A stretch of 64,000 bases of DNA from Chiloscyllium plagiosum (Eukaryota): positions 76,133,321-76,197,320 of the forward strand of contig NC_057719.1 of the NCBI RefSeq assembly GCF_004010195.1. Direction: 5' to 3'. Below are positions 62,199 to 64,000 of the stretch, in pieces. The notes beneath the pieces were generated by a model. The model did not search any database. It was not told the origin of the DNA and worked only from the letters and a program-made list of their open reading frames with translations. Every line of letters starts with the position of its first letter. The stretch's first letter is position 1. The translations under genes and the position numbers were made by a program.

Positions 62199-63344
62199 GT
62201 TGAGAAACGTATTTGCCATGATTGAATAGCAGAACAGACTCGAGGGGCTAAGTAGCCTGATTTCTGCTCATTTGTCTTATGGTCTTACGGTCTTATGAAT
62301 GGTTGTACTGGGACAATGCCTTTCATCACAGGGAGTTACTCTCTTCATAAAGACGCACCTTCATAATAACTTTGCACACAACCTAATGATTAAAATGTTT
62401 TTGCTTTGCATCATTTGAATGACATTTGGCTCTGCCTTTCCCTCACTTGTGAGAATTCCATCAATGCAGAGAGTCTTTAGCTCGAGTAAATCAATGTTAG
62501 AATAAAAATGGAAAAGAGGAAAGAAAGCGAAACGATGAATTGTCCTATCACCTCCGTCCACTCCTGACCCATCATTCTGCATCCAAACTGCGCCAGCATG
62601 GAATAGTGGCCAACTTTAAACCAGGTTTAAGCTCCAAGCTCAAGATGCAGAAGGTTATCCTCAATGTTTGAGGTGTGAATGAAATTCCACGTTCCACTCC
62701 TGCAAACTCCATCCACACCCTCCCTCCCCACCTTTGCGTAGTGCATGATAGTTTGATTGACTGTTGCTTGATATGGAACGTACAAACGTATTTGTTCACC
62801 TCGGGTGGTTGCAGAAAAGTGAGTCAGCTGCTCACTGCAAGTTAGGAAGCTCATGCCGTTACATGCAAATATCACGTGGCATCAAAGGCCAAGAAAACAA
62901 ATTTGACTTTATACTGGAGTTGATGATTCTGGGAAATGACCTACAGCTGAAAGTACAGGTTGCAACAGAGTATCAGAAAACCAAGTTGCTATATTGCAAT
63001 GTCATAAATTAACACAATTGTATGATTGTACAAAACAATTCCTTTGGACTACACAGCAGTTTGTGTTTTCAATGGAAAGCATGGAAATTGAGTGTCACAT
63101 GGTTTGAGTTAAATCTAAGCTTGTAGAAACGTTTTCCTGGAATGAAATCTTAATACTTTCTTCAAATTTAACTTGCCCCTTTCCTTCCCTGGTTTTCCTG
63201 TATTTCTGCAATCTAAATCCTAACTACATGTCCTCCAAATCAAAAGAGTAATAGGAGACTACAAGCAAAGTTCTGAGGAAAATGGGGAAAAGAAACAAAC
63301 TCAAACAACAGATAAACTGAAAAAAAAATGAAAGAACTGAAGGT

Positions 63345-63500
63345 GCTGTAATTGCTGGAAAAGCTCAGCAGGTCTGACAGCACCCATGGAGAGAAATCAG
63401 AGTTAACGTTTCCGATCTGAAGAAGGGTCACTCAACCCGAAACGTTAATCTCCACAGTTGCTACCAGACCGGCTGAGCTTTTCCAGCAATCTCTGTTTTT
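63345..63500. mobile_element. Palindromic pair of Penelope-like termini (second subfamily)
   Basis: TTGCTGGAAAAGCTCAGC-GGTCTG versus CAGACC-GCTGAGCTTTTCCAGCAA. Confidence 0.85.
63417..63446 (+). ncRNA. Minimal type I hammerhead ribozyme motif with intact core
   Basis: CUGAAGA-A-GGGU-CACUCA-ACCC-GAAA-CG-UU; predicted triplet GUU. Confidence 0.65.
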
Positions 63501-63600
63501 TGAACAGATAAACTGCACTGGGTTTTAAAGAAAACCAAATATTCTTTAAGGACGACGCTGTGGCTTCACATATCCCCTCTACAAGTCAGCTTTAGAAATA

Positions 63601-63730
63601 AGGAGAAAGTGAGGACTGCAGATACTGGACAGCAGAGTCAAGAGTGTGGGGCTGGATAAGCACAGCAGGTCAGGCAGCATCCGAAGAGCAGGACAATCGA
63701 CATTTCGGGCATAAGCCCTTTATCAGGAAT
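63601..63730 (-). mobile_element. Penelope-like terminal fragment beginning just upstream of a mutated hammerhead core
   Basis: Minus strand ATTC-CTGATAA-A-GGGC-TTAT-GCCC-GAAA-TGTC. Confidence 0.8.
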
Positions 63731-64000
63731 CCTGTTCCTTAGACTTACTAAAACATCATAGAGACGTCCTTGAATGGAAATATTCAGAAAATGGACTATA
63801 TATAGAGCTGATTATACTTTGTCGAGAAATCCATACCATAGACAACTGATTTCTATGTCACACCATTAAAATATTTTTATTCACGGAGACTAAATTATTT
63901 ATTAAAATACATCAGATTTGTTTCACCCAGTCAGCACAATGTATCATGGTGTCAATTGTCTGATAGTCTCCTGTTAGTCCCTTGTGGTAAATTGTGCTAA

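Larger units (their letters stand above)
60470..62296 (+). mobile_element. CR1-type LINE 3' half carrying two Penelope-like insertions
   Basis: RT ORF at 60926-61615 and 8-bp tail repeat GTCTTATG-GTCTTACG-GTCTTATG. Confidence 0.93.

Noticed and set aside
416..63431. Remaining short ORFs of 60-140 aa in the track
   Set aside because: Most are alternative frames of repeats or random ORFs with non-ATG starts and no recognisable domain.

Overview
This is eukaryotic, vertebrate genomic DNA. The repeat families (HE1-type tRNA SINEs, CR1/HER1-like LINEs, Penelope-like elements) point to a cartilaginous fish, probably a shark; that is an inference. I found no convincing host protein-coding gene, so the window looks intronic or intergenic and is dominated by transposable elements. 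These include a complete but frameshifted Tigger/pogo transposon (1830-3945, 22-bp TIRs, TA duplication), about 12 HE1-like SINEs, and CR1, Rex1/Babar and RTE-like LINE remnants. There is also a near-full-length APE-RT LINE with a SINE-like head, three decayed intron-containing Myb/SANT genes of PIF/Harbinger type, a 13-copy 55-bp minisatellite and a 1.3-kb segment bounded by about 160-bp inverted repeats. The most interesting signal is a set of about 10 Penelope-like terminal fragments carrying a minimal hammerhead ribozyme core (CUGANGA-A-stem II-GAAA-CGUH). Several are independent short insertions with 10-14 bp target-site duplications whose boundary sits at or next to the ribozyme core, and some form inverted pairs. 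All family assignments are by eye; no database search was run. Ends of old repeats are approximate.
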